Below, piece by piece: positions 24,008 to 36,984 of a stretch of DNA of 64,000 nucleotides. The notes beneath the pieces were generated by a model. It ran no database searches. It was not told where the DNA came from and was given only the letters and a program-made list of their open reading frames with translations. Both the position numbers and the translations under genes were made by a program. The DNA is from Pocillopora damicornis (lineage: Eukaryota): contig NW_020847344.1 in NCBI RefSeq assembly GCF_003704095.1, positions 434,001 through 498,000 on the forward strand, read 5' to 3'. Within the stretch, counting starts at the first letter, position 1. Every line of letters starts with the position of its first letter.

Positions 24008-24400
24008 TTACATATTTTTGAAGTAGTGTTTGATCAATTTTTCATTATGATTGGTGCCGGTTTGTGAAAATGGTTTTATGACATCATAATAATCTTTTTG
24101 TCTGCTTGATTCATTAATGTAATACTGACAATAGTAACTACACAACACACTCATCAAATTTTGATACTGAGTACTGTTATAAAGATAAATCAATCCCCGT
24201 TTATCTGACAACTGAACAACTTCTGGTGGACAGAATGAATTCCGGGTTCAATTTTGTCATCCAAATTCGTGACGTAATAATAACCGTTTTTGAATTGATT
24301 CTGTATTTGATCCATTGAAAAAACACCATTGAAATTTTTGATTCTGAAGTATTTTATCCACTTAAAGATATCAAAGTTCTATATCACAGTGTCAACAAAT
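24008..24400 (-). pseudogene. Adenain-like (Polinton PRO) cysteine protease pseudogene
   Basis: Reads NFDIFKWIKYFRIKNFNGVFSMDQ...VTNLDDKIEPGIH, then a deletion/frameshift, then CPPEVV...YNSTQYQNLMSVLCSYYC. This matches the NLDD..GPGTHW and Q...S.LCG.YC catalytic motifs. Confidence 0.75.
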
Positions 24401-25463
24401 TCGGTTCTTAAAATATGAGTAACCCCGTTGTGACAACAGAAAATGTTTGTTTGGAGACTCTTTTAGTTGTGTTAATTTTTGTTTCTATTTGTGTTTCCAA
24501 TGGTTTGATAAATTTCTCTCCTTTATCTTCTTTGGGAGTGTCACGAATTCCTACCTTTTTGGGAGTGTCATGAATTTTTTCTCCCTTGCGAGTGTTAAAT
24601 TTGTCACAAATTTTACTCCGATAAGCTGACCTGTTTTGCTTCCAACATTTTCTGCACTTTTTTCGTTGGCTTTTGTTGCTGCTTTTGTGGCCAGATCTTT
24701 GGCAACTTTCCAGTCAGTTTGAATGACCAAGATCAAAAAATCCTTCATCATTTTGTATATTTTCAGCAGGCTTCTTGGTGTCCACATTGTAATACATATA
24801 TTGAGTAAGCGTTTCATGCGATCAATTTAAAAAAATTGATCTCGTTCGGCCAACTCCCACACTACTGACAAGTGCTTTTGTACACAGCTGACACCGATTT
24901 CACATACTTTTTAAAAGTATCTTTATTATCATATCTCACAACTGCACAATTAGTTTAGTAATAATTATCTCGATGCTTTTGTAAATACGGGCCGTAATAC
25001 ATTTTATGAATTGACCGGATATAGTTTGGTTGAATAGCTTTAAATGTTGTTTAAATTAAAAATCCTCGCCCTCTTTCATCGTGCAATAGAACCATCTACT
25101 GTCTTGCTATAGTTTGGTCAATTACAGAAAACCAAAGTAATAATTATTTATCACTTAAAAATATGTGTTATATGGAGAAAACTCGAAAAATCTTGGTGCA
25201 TACGCTGCGCGATGTATTATCAATTATTAGCGTTCCGCAACTGCACACGTTTAAAAAAAGGCGTAGTCATGAGTGGGGACTGAGATATGATGTATAACAC
25301 CTTGAGAATGTCAGAGAACACCAACCTAGCAAATATTTATGCTCTGATGTGTCCAAATTGGTGTTTTTTATTTTTGAGGTGTATGAAATATCTGTTTTCA
25401 GCCGAAGTTCAATCGAACCTCCTCTGAATATTTTGGTTTCTTTGGTTGAGCAAGTTACTTGTT

Positions 25464-28400
25464 TTATCTCGAACTCCTCATCGCTTTCAGCTGACGTTTT
25501 CTTCTGACGCCATCAGCTATAACATCTTTGATGGTTTCTTTCGCCAATAGTGTGTTGAATTCCATCAGCTGAGTCAAGCGATCAAATGCTTTGTGAGGGT
25601 AATGGAAGTTGAATGTGCTGTAATGATTATCAGGGTCTTCAAAAATTGCGAATGCTCCGAATTCCTTTTCTGAAGAGGTTTTGCGAGGTACACCTGGGGA
25701 GGTCAAACCGCAAAACATCAGCAAGTGATATATGGGAGATATATTGGACTGGCAGCCACAATGCACAGTCCAGATGAGCTAAAATTGTGCAGTTGAGAAT
25801 GAGTCTCTTCTTCTTTTGCTTTTCCTTCTTGTTTAGCATTGGCGTTTTGTCTTGGAGACCAGCCATTATTTATTGCTATGAAAAGTCAACTGAGTAAGTT
25901 TGTTAGGGATGCTTTTTGGTGAATTTCTTGGGGTAGATCATGTGACCGAACATACCTGGACGGCTATGGTCTTTGAAAGAGCCGTTCATCAACACAAAGT
26001 GTATGACTACGGGGCATTCTGGGTCTTCAGGATCTGAGAACACATAGAACTCCTTCAGACCATGTTTCTGGTATTGTTCCTCGGCATTAATGGGAGGGAA
26101 TTTCAATTTGTTCTTTCGTGCCCATTCTTCTGCCAGCAAAAGTTCCTATGGAAGATTAAAAGAGGATTGTTATCAATCAGCAATACTGTCAGCTTCTGTT
26201 TCACCATTTCTTCTTTATCGAGAACGACTTCTATAAAACTTGAGGTCTACAAACTTGTCCGAAATGCGCCCAAGAAATAAATTAAACTTGACCAAAATGA
26301 GGGGGAAACACGGATCATTGTCAGTATCTGGACCACTGCGTACCTTACGCTTCCTTAGCCTAACATTGATCCTGTTGTACCCAACATTGACCCTGTCTTG
26401 CCCAACATTAATCCTGTCTTGTTGACTGTTGTTGTGTTATGCTCAGTTGCTCGATACTAATCTTGATTCGAAAACACTAAGGAGCCTAGAGAGGAAGTAA
26501 GTAGTCTAATATTTATCTTGTTATATATGAGTAAAGCTTAGGTAGATGCAATTAAATCACCTCAAAGGGCATCTCTATCTCTTTGTCCCTTGCACTGAAG
26601 TCAAATGACAGGAGTACGTCGCATCCCCGCTGGGGTCTTATAACCAATGGATACGGAGAATTGAACACGAGCCCACTGTCAGCCAGGTATATGCGCTTAG
26701 CCTTCAGGGTAGGATGGTCAGCGGTATCAGTGACGTCTTCAGATTCTGCGTGAAAATATGTATTACAGGACTATAAAAAATTGCGATTTAAGGAAGGTTA
26801 TGCTCACTCTGAGTTTCCTGCGGATGTAATTTTGCACTGGTTCTCCCGGACAACCACTAACAACCGACAACTGTTTACGGACTGTTTTTACGTTTGAGAA
26901 AAAATAATTCATTGCTTTTAGCTTTTAACTCAGCAAACGACGGTGACTTACCGAAGGGGACTGGAGCGAACGCAAGCCCTAGACCACGCAAGTAATTATG
27001 CACCCTTCCCGCGCGACCGGAGCGAGTTTGTAGCACAGGGAACTTGTTCATAAATCTCTGCGCTATTCTGCCCAACAATCCAGGATCGTTATGATCTTCC
27101 TTTGGTTCTTCCATGTCTTCTTCATCAAAGACTGGTACTTCTTTTAGACCCTCAACGCCATGTTCCTCATCTTCACTGTCGCTTTCCTCGTCATCGTGTC
27201 CGTTGTCTGGATACAGAATCTTATCTGGGGGATGGAGGGATATTTTTTGTAAAAATCTCGTATTATTTAACGCACTAAGCCTTTAGTGCGGGCAAGATAT
27301 TTGATTGGCTGCCGAGTCCTCGTTTAACCCATCACAGAGCGCTAGCAGCAAAGCTAAAATACATATATCAATAATAGTCACATTCCAGAAAATTCACATG
27401 ACTTAGACTTTAGAGCCTTAAAAGGGTAATTTTTAGCCACAATTATAGCAAAGGAGATACATACGTAAGTCCTCTCTCATACTGGAGGAGCTGCGGCGAA
27501 ATTTTCTAATTGCGCTCGGTGCTTGACCCTCACCGAGCATGCGTTGCAGTAAAATGGTGAAGGCACTGCCCCAGATGCCTACGAAATGCAATGAGAAAGA
27601 TGGAATGTCAGCTTGGTATATTAAACACGCTTGGTTCCGTTTGCAATTCAATTTAGATCGTCTTTACCTGATAACCTTTGTGACAGAACATAAGAATATT
27701 CAAGGAGCTTATCGTGGGGGAGGGGAGGGAAGGGAAATTTTCAAGCTTTGCAAATGTTTTTTAAGCTCAAATGTTACATGCAAGAATTTTTTTGCTCAGA
27801 AAAAATGACTTGCATAACTTCCCCTAAAAAGAATGTTCTTGTACTCTGCCTACATCCCAGATATAATAATTTTTCAACTTGTCGATCCTTGAAAAAATGG
27901 CGACCTATATGAAACCCTAAATGGAGTTAAAGTCCACGAGAGGTCACCAACAAAAGTTTTTAATTAACTTATATTGACGTTTTCAGGTTGTAACCTCCTT
28001 ATACTGGTTATGGCAAGAGGCCGTACGTTTCCGTTAAATTTGATCACCCCAGCTACAGCTTGAGACTATATTTATTAATCTACAGTTTAGCATCCCCACG
28101 AACCCAGACAAAATCATCTTCTTCTTGAAAGTAAAATAAAAACAAACAGGAGAGTTGTTTAAGTGTTACTAACCTTGCAGATATTCAAGTGGAGGCTCAG
28201 GATACTTTGTGTGAAGGTGCCCACAGAAAAACTTGCTTCCAAAATCCTCCGTTTTCATAAAAGTGCCATATTTAGCCATTCCTATTTCATAAGGGCTGAA
28301 CTCCATCCATTCTGTTGTAAAAAGAACGTATCATACAAGCTGACGCATTTACAACTTGTCCGACTCTCACTACGTCTAGGCTAATGACAGAGTTCTTATA

Positions 28401-31400
28401 CCGTTTTCATCTCTTTGATCAAGTTTCATAATATTTTACACTTTTGATATCTTTATCATTTTTCAGTGAAGTACGCATGCAGTTCTATGTTGCAATATCG
28501 ATAATCTGACTTGGTCTCTCCAAGATCAGTAGTGATATATTTTACTCACGGCTTTATCATCATTTCTCCAATCTAACTGCTCCTTTTCTGCAGCCTTACC
28601 GCGTTCATTCCACAATTTTTACGCATCCAAATTTTCACACTATCCATGATTCTTTTATTACTATCACGCTAAATTTGTCTATGCCTATTTGGAATTGCTG
28701 TACAATATGGCGCAACTTAGACGAACGACATTTGAAATCTTACCATTGTATGCCTTTGCCGAAACATCATTCTTCACGTGCACACATGTGTAAAGCGGAA
28801 GGGGAACGTTCCCGTGTTTGACTGCGCCACGTTGATCGCTCAGTTTTGGAATATTTTTGCGCTAAAAACGAAATTCAAGAAACAATAACTTAACAAAAAT
28901 TACGGCTCTTACATTTGGCAGACTTAAAGAGCGGCTGAAAAGGAAACACCTGTCTTCTTAACATATTCAACAAACACGCTTTCAACTGAGATATTATTGG
29001 CAGACTTAGATTAGACGGCAAACCCTTCGACAACAAGGTGATCACAGACTAAGCGTGATCATACATTGAATGCAAACTGAAATTTAAAAAACGGCGTCAC
29101 GATGTAGTAGCGTCTGCGGTGAGACCTAAAATGAACTTGTGTATAGTTCTGCGCGGTTTGTGGCATCTTTTTGTCCTGTCATTATTACAGTTATTAATCT
29201 GAAAAGGATCAATAGGATTTCAAGTAATACTTACGTCTCTCAAGATGGTTTCACCCACGAGGTAGCCAAAGAAATCGGTAAAACTGATTGGCTGGCCTTG
29301 TATTTTTTTCTGATGGATGATTTGGATGTGCTTGTACAACCACGAAGGTGTCAACATCCAGATCCAGTTGTGTTGCACGTTTTGCCTCAGCTGTTCCATC
29401 ACTTTCTTTGGATGGATATTTGGAAATTCAGGATGAGAATACAACGTGGAGAGGTACCTAAAGTATGTAAAAGGTTTACAATGTATCGTGGTACATTGCG
29501 CAAAAAAACAGCGAAAAAAAAATTGATGTTAGCGCGCCGCGCGGAACTCTTTAGGTAAGGCGCACGAAAAGGAGCAACCGTATCCTTTGTGTGCCTCACT
29601 TCCACACTCCCGCGTGGTACGCAAAAATCAACCCTTTTTTTTTTGCTGATTCTTTTGCATGCACGACGGATTTCATTACAAACTAAGAGAAAATTACGGG
29701 TGAAAGAGGAACAATAAGGCGGAATATTTTGATTGCATCAAAATCTTTTTTTAATCTTTTTACTTACGCTGAAACGCAATTATTTTCGTTCAAAGAATAT
29801 CTTTCCCTGTCTTCTTTGAGGTCGTTTTTATCTACAAAGGTTTTCTCCTTGCAGTTTCAAGCTATATCGTTTTTGCTGGGAAAAACAGATTCAGGTTAAG
29901 CCCCTTATGTATAACACGGTAGACTGTCTTCTGTTCGAGAGACTATTGTCCGAGTTGTATAAACTTACCAAGTTGATCCTGACAATCCCGCGGCATACAT
30001 GGCACAGTCCAACACACCCATATCTTCTAGCGCACAAAACACACCACTAAGGCCAACCATGGCTCGAAAACCACCTCCGGACCCAACAATACCCACAGTT
30101 GGTATCTAGGAGGAAAATAACGACAATGAATAGGTAAGACAAACCAATGCAATTTATCTTTGAGCTTTAATTTGACACTGTCTCCAAATACTTTAAATTG
30201 GTTACCATCAGAAACCTCATGTTCACCTGTTCCTAGGAACTTCGCATTCACCCGTTCAGCAATCGACGAGCTGGGCCAGAAGTGGGAAGGGTTGGATAGG
30301 GGAGGGTAGGTAGGGATTTGTGCCCCACGAGATAAAAATATACCTTAAATTTGTTAATGCTTTAGTACCTCATACCATAAAGTGCCGAAAGTTGTTGAAT
30401 GTTGTCAATGTACAACACAAAAAAAGTTATTGAAAAACGAAAATATTGTTTATCTGAATACCCCAAACGCTTGACCGAGCCTGACTTCTAAAGGTGTTTG
30501 TGAGAAGGAAATTACACGGAAAAAAATAGAATAATAGGCTAACCTCATCCATACTCTTTGGTCCTCTTGGTCCGAGAAGCTTCCTCATCGCTTGAAACAA
30601 GAAAGGTTTCCTGTTCTCTCGAAAATCGATTTCATCCTTACATAGTTTCAAGCTGTATCGCATGTCACGGGGTTCTGCACTATAATGCAAATTATTCTTT
30701 TCAGTTTATTGTTTGCATTTTTGATGGAAGGATGACCTTTAGTAAGACAAAATGAAAAATTTACCGGTTTTTAAGCTCGAGCGTAATGTCCACTTCTGAA
30801 GTCTGCATGCAAAAATGAAGAAAGAAGTAGACAACGTTAGAACTGTTTGAAGACATTTAACAATTTTGACACAAATTCTAATCGAGCTTAAAGTCCGAGT
30901 AAAAAGTGGATTGGTTAGTACAAACAAGAAATTTCTATCTAAATTATGCTGTATTTTTTTCAATCACTGATATGTAAAACACAGAAGTGTACCTACGTCG
31001 TAAAACAGATATCAGTACACACTCCTCACCACCAGTTAAACAATAAACATCAATTAGTGTAAACATAATCGAGGCTTTCTGACAAAAATAATCACGGAAA
31101 TAGTTGCAGATGAAAATGACAGTTTACAATACTTTTGGTCTCGTTAGTCGTTACACAATTTCCTAAACTGTAAACAAAATCAGTACCTGTCGAAATACGA
31201 AAGTTTTGCGCAAAATCCTATCGATTTCCAGACCACTCAAGGGAAATGTCTCTGTTTCCCCGACCAAATCATCACTAAATGTATCATCTTCCATCAGTGT
31301 AATATCTGAGGAAGAGAAAACCAAAACCAAGTTGATGATTAAGAAGACAGTGAAAGAAAAGAGAAATCTTCCGTTCTTAAAGTTTAAAATCAGTTCCATC

Positions 31401-33545
31401 TGCAGGAAGTTGTACTCACATAAAACGTTTTCCAACTCTTTGTCAATGAGAAACTTGAATTCCTTGTTCCAAACAGGGTTTTTAGAGTTGGATACCGTCT
31501 GTGTTTTCTTCCGTCCATTCGGAGCAGTAGGGATAAATAACTTTACATATGGATCTGGTGTGTCGACTAGAAAAAAAGCACAGATCGATAAATGATCCAT
31601 TCACTTACTAGTCAGTCAGTTAAAATCAGTGAGTCAGCAAGTCAGTGCGTCAGCTGGTCAATCAGAGATCCAGTGAGTAAGTCTGGGAGTCAGTGAGTCA
31701 GCCAGTGTGTCTGCAAGTCGGACAGTAAGTAATGAGCCTGAGAGTCAGTGAGTTAGTCAGTGAGTGAGATAGTGCGTTAATGAGCCAGTGGATTAGTTTG
31801 GCACTAAGTCGGTCAGTTAGTTTGTCAGACAGTGAGTTGGTGAGTTAGTGAATCAGTAAGTGAGTCAATGAGTGTGTGAGTCAGCGAGTCGGTCAGTTAG
31901 GAAGTCAATCAGTAAGTAATTGAGTTAGTGAGTCAGCCAGGGAGATAATGAGTCAGTAAGTCAGTGAGTTAGTAAGTCAGTTAGCTTGTTTGGAAGTCAG
32001 TGAGTCAGTAAGTAAGTTATTTAGTTAGAGTGCGGGACTTAATAAGTCGATTCTGTTTGTTCTCAGCTAAACTACTCGGCCTGATGTTGACTCACAGGTG
32101 TCATTCCAGGCGCCAAGTGTGATGTTTCTTCCACACACGACGTTGACGATGAGTTCATAACATTGGCGGTAGGAGCACTGGAACTAGTAAAAGAATTACA
32201 CTGAGTAAGTATAGGGAAAACCTCTTGACATTTTAATTGCAATTAGGGTTCAAACAAGTTTTGCTACCCTTTTACCTTTGGCCGATTGTGCGAGCCAAGA
32301 CCTATTGGGCGAAAGCCACGCCCAAAAAGGGCAAATTTTGAGCTATAGAGCGACGGAATGTCTGAAATTTCCGTAATGCTGAATACTTTAGTTTTGAAAA
32401 TCGTTTCTTGGCGAATTTCCGGTGCAGCCATAGACAAAAATACAGGCATCTCCTGACATATGGTTGGATTTGATAAACCTCTCTTTGTTATAGAGCGACA
32501 GCTTTTGCGCAATAAATATGTATTTAGATCCTTTGGCATGTTGAATCCTTTTGATAGAAATCAGCCAAAAATTTTTCACGCGTTTGTGTAAATGGTAATA
32601 GGATCACAGGTTTTGCAATCGGCCCGAGGCCTTTTGACTGTTCTGTGATTATATAATTTATTGGTGACCAAAAAGTCTGCTCCGAAGAATTTCAAATTGC
32701 ATCCAACCTCAAATTTTCGGAGCCAAATTGTGCAACTGACTCAGTTGCACAATTTGGATACACTTTGAAAATAATATCGTTTTTTCTCGGACACTGCGAT
32801 GTCAGGAATTATGATGGCTTTAATGGCATTCCAACTCGATTCATGCGTCTTGCATTGATTCTGTTATGTCAAATTTTTGGCAGAAATGAATGGCAAACTT
32901 TGTTTTCAGCAAGTCTGTAACGTTATCCAAATCAGTTGAATCGCGTGATGTCCGTAACTTTTTACGTTTACTTATATAGCTATGTTTAAATTATCCCTTC
33001 AAATTTAAGCGGCCATCGCCCTCCAGTCCGTTTACAAATTGTTTGACAACATGATCCGTGTTTCAATCTTCCGCCCCGTGTGGGCGGATTGAAAACAACA
33101 ACTTTCAACTTTTGAAATTGAATTACCTTTCACAAACATATATTACGAGAATTTCCTCATTTGCATCACGTCGTACGTGCCATGAGTTTATCCAATGCTT
33201 TAACCAACTACGGGAACATCTGCGCTATTTCAGTACTAAAGCTCAGACTCATTCGCGAATAACCTTATCCATAAAACCTCTTTAATCAATTTCGAAGTAG
33301 CACCAAACCTTTTTTCTCTGTGCATTGAGTGAAAGTTCATCAATAGCTTTTTGCCGAATTTTTATCCGCAAGCGTAATGAAAACTATTAATCTAATATAC
33401 GCTGACTATTGTTTAAAACTAGTTCACTCAACGAGTTGCCGATCTATACAGGTGTAAATTGAACGAAACGTGTATCGTAATAAGGGTGAAAATGGACTGA
33501 ACTTCTATGCACCGTTCATTAAAATCTTACCGGAGTTGTTTCCAT
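25464..33545 (-). CDS. PLA2G4A: Cytosolic phospholipase A2 (group IV, PLA2G4A-like)
   Basis: Start exon 33545-33531 (METTP). C2 domain exons (DTPDPYVKLFIPTAPNGRKKT...NPVWN). GSGGGFRAM and catalytic GLSGS (~30107-29969). RAGRVHNY; catalytic Asp motif ADSGLVFNSPYP...RPQRG (~26746-26561); PVVIHF; YSTFNFHY...LMEFN; stop at 25464. Confidence 0.93.
26310..26421 (+). repeat. Left arm of the palindromic MITE family, ending in a 21-bp tandem repeat x3
   Basis: ggatcattgtcagtatctgg... resembles the 34840 element; c(c/t)aacatt(g/a)a(t/c)cctgt unit at 26359, 26380 and 26401. Confidence 0.65.
31608..32030. repeat. Degenerate (AGTC/AGTG/AGTT)n tetranucleotide low-complexity tract
   Basis: About 420 bp of 4-bp periodic sequence in a cPLA2 intron. 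Confidence 0.9.
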
Positions 33546-34839
33546 TCTGTTCTCTGTGATTCTCTTCACCTTTGCAGAAATATAATAAATAGTCCTAGTA
33601 CTAATGTTTGTCTCTGATTATGAGAAGTAGCTGGAAGGCTGTTTGTTTATATACTATTTGTAGATCCTACTTGCTGAGTCGTACGTGACCGGTGCGGCAT
33701 TACGTAGTATCAATTTGCGCGTCAGAGCGTGAACCACAATTACCTTTTGAGACCCTTAAGATTAACCCTAGCGACGGAAGTCGAAAACCTCTGTATGAGC
33801 CTTTTTTTTCAGTTGCCTATGCAGTTTTGTTTCTAAAATTCAATCCACACTTTGTGTATCACACACAGAATTGTTTGATATTACCCACGTACACAGTAGA
33901 TATGTTTGACATCTAATTTAAATATTAAATCATGATTCCACTACAATCTTCACAAATTACCACTACAATCTTCACAAATTACCTTTTGCTCGTGGTTCAA
34001 GGATGGATAGACATGAATTTTATGGTAAATCACATTTACGCATTTCAACAAATGAAACATTAAACATTTTTGATTGCGACAAGTATCTTAAGTATCTTAA
34101 AGATCCTAATTTTCGTTGGTCAAAGCTGTCTGCTATATTATTATTATTTAACAAAAAAATAAACAATTTGAATCATCGAGTAGAACTTTACTCGTGAGAG
34201 CGTTTATTAAATCATACAAGGAAACTTATTCTTTGTTAGTGTTTTATGAGCCGATATCTTGGTGTGCAATGATAATTATATTTTTTGCAGCGGCCCTTCA
34301 AGACGATTTCGCTGTGACGAAATGGCTGACGCTCTAAATGTAAGATTAAGAAACTCTCTACAGTGGCCAATTTACATGTTCAACTCCGTTGATAAAACCG
34401 CGTTTTCTCGAATGTAAACGAGAGAAGTACGCAAGACAAAGGTCTCGTATTTTTCAAAGCTTTTTAATGAGCGAAGGAAGCGCGTGATCCCTGCAGATGA
34501 CGAACAGGTGCTATCAGTTCGTGACGTTTTGTGACGTAAAATACACCGAAAGCCAGTTCAATCGGTAGCGCACGAGACCCCAAACAAAGTAAGTACTGAA
34601 ACAAACGTGATCGTTACTACTTTTGCAGACCTTATCAGTATAATCGAAGATAAAGGGAGTGATTTCACTAGATGAGGGTCATAGTATAACACACGATTTC
34701 ACTGAGATTACAAGGTCCATGATCTCTACCGTTCCCAATACGACCTGACACTGCTCATCACGTTTTGCTTCCTTTTTAATATCGAAGTCACGTATCTTTT
34801 TTTCCTGAAGTAAATATTCTCATAGAAACAATAGTCTTC

Positions 34840-34978
34840 GGATCAACGCCAGTATCTTAGCAACTGTGCACTTACCCCTCCCCTAACCCAACATAAGGCC
34901 CAATTTGCGATAAGGTGACTTTTGTTGGATTAGGGAAGGGGTAGGTGCGCAGTTGCTAAGATACTGTGACATGGATCC
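34840..34978. mobile_element. Palindromic MITE
   Basis: ggatc...cagtatcttagcaactgtgcacttacccctcccctaacccaaca / tgttggattagggaaggggtaggtgcgcagttgctaagatactg...gatcc. Confidence 0.8.
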
Positions 34979-35965
34979 AAATCTTTTTTAAAATTTGCCG
35001 CATGGAAGTGGCAAATGTAAACTCGCCTTGAGAGACTTGAGCGTCGTCCATAATATTACAATAGAAAGAAATGGATTGGTCTTCTACCATAAAAGATAAG
35101 AAGTCAGGATAGAGCTTTGGTCGTTCAGCGATAAAGTTTTCCATAAAATATGCATTAAACCAGTGGCTTACTGGCTCATGACATTTATGACGAAAATACA
35201 ATTCATGTAACGCAATACTACCATTGCTAAGGAAGAGACTCTGATAAGAAGACTTCTCTAAATTCAAACTATCTTAGGCAAGAAAGATTCCTATAACATC
35301 TTTTTCCTAACCCCATGAAGATGAATGAGGGCAAGGAGAGTAATTTTGATGGGTGATGATTTAAAAGGATTTTTTTTCACAAATTCGCTATCTTTTCATT
35401 ATTAGTATTCATAAGTAAGATCTATGATTACAGAGTACAATAACAAGCGAACCCTCGCCGTTAAGATAAAATCTAGCTAAAACTACTTCGATCGGAAAAA
35501 CATAAAAATAAGAACAAAACAAATAATGATAAAAAAAAAAGACACCAAACTGAGACAAAACAAACCGAAAACAAAAACGTAGGCAATCGTGCCATAAACC
35601 ACAACAAATGGATGTTATTAAATTCCCCACGCGATATTTGCGCCTGCAATATGTCCGGTGGCTTCCGGAAAATCGCAAATTCTTGATTATATGCGATACA
35701 GTTGTATTAGGTCAATATCCTGACAACTATAAGATGTACTATTCCAAAAGTTCGAGCGTTTCTTTAAACCACAAAAATTTCAAACATTTGCAAACTGCTT
35801 AACCAAATCCCATTGACCCTCTCCTCAGAGAGTGAAAGAGAGAAAGAGACACAGTCGAAATCTACTTTCAACTTCCTTTGAAAGGAAATGTGTAATTATC
35901 GCGGAAGACATACTAGTTTGAATTGTTTCTGTTCTCACGTACTCACGAGCTCGTCGAGAGGACAA

Positions 35966-36081
35966 GGGGTAATCACGTAGAACAACTCCATAGAAAAAAC
36001 CTGTCGGCTGACAGTCGGCGCACTGTTGGCCGACTGACGACCGATAGGCTTTTTCAGGGAGTTGTTGTTCACAATTACCCC
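35966..36081. mobile_element. Short palindromic MITE
   Basis: ggggtaat...aacaactcc...gaaaaa / tttttc...ggagttgtt...attacccc, with an internal gtcgg/ccgac hairpin. Confidence 0.6.
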
Positions 36082-36177
36082 ACTTTCGGTCTTCTCTGAA
36101 AACTGATTAAACAACTGGTCTGATGGAAAAGCAGTTATGAACATCACTTCACGGATTAAATACGAACCAACAAAATG

Positions 36178-36260
36178 ACGAGCTTCCAGTTGGTAGAGCA
36201 CTGCACCGGTATCGCAGAGGTGATGGGTTCAACTCCCGTACAGGCCTGAAATGTTTTTTT
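36178..36260 (+). mobile_element. tRNA-derived SINE head fragment
   Basis: A-box-like agttggtagagc and B-box-like gggttcaactcc, no complete acceptor stem; related copy at 57340-57473 (-). Confidence 0.65.
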
Positions 36261-36984
36261 CATATGATATTCATATATCCACAGTCATTCAGAATAGAAT
36301 GCTCTGAACAAGTTTTTCTTGAGGTTTAATTGTAGCTACATTCCACATAAAAGGAAATCTTGGATAAGGGAGTACAAACCCACTGAATAGTTCTTTTCAC
36401 AAGAGATGATCAGCAAACAAGATATGGCTGCATAATAACAATTGATTAAAAACAGGAAGGAAGGGAAAAAAGGAGTTTTTTCCAAAAAAATTGCCAATCA
36501 CTGGTTTGATATCAGTCCACGTAATCAACAATTCACCTTAGAGCTGTCAAAAGACATATTATAGTTAAGAATATTTTCTAAGAATCCTTTACAGTTTATT
36601 TCTCATTTATCTTATTGATAGATGAAGTGGTTTTTTTTCATCCTCTTTAAATCTTAACAATTTGTGTGGCAGTTTGAAGTTGCTCCAAACAATTTTGCCT
36701 GTTATGATCTCAACACTCAGAATGGAAATTGACATTTGCTTACTGGCGGTGTTAAATTTTGTTCTTAGCATTATTAGCCTATTTCTGGTGACAACATTCT
36801 ACTCACAATCAAGTAATGGCAGTTACTGAGATGTTTACATTAAATTCAACTGGAGTGCTTGATTTGTTGAGAGGTAGAGCACAGAACTGCCTCGGCACAT
36901 TCCCACAGCAGAATATGTCTATTGATAATGCAGATGACATGCATGTTTTTTTCCAGTGTTCTTTTCCTGTGTATAACTTGCCAT

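Larger units (their letters stand above)
22990..24830 (-). mobile_element. Decayed Polinton/Maverick (adintovirus-like) endogenous viral remnant
   Basis: Compact intronless minus-strand gene remnants: K/A-rich ORF (KAATKANEKSAENVGSKTGQLIG), adenain-like protease, then a Gly-X-Y collagen plus fibre-repeat gene; many stops and frameshifts. Confidence 0.75.

Noticed and set aside
36178-36260. Functional tRNA genes here and at 45550, 56742 and 57420
   Set aside because: A/B-box-like motifs are present but the stems are imperfect and the flanks match dispersed repeats, so these are SINE-derived.
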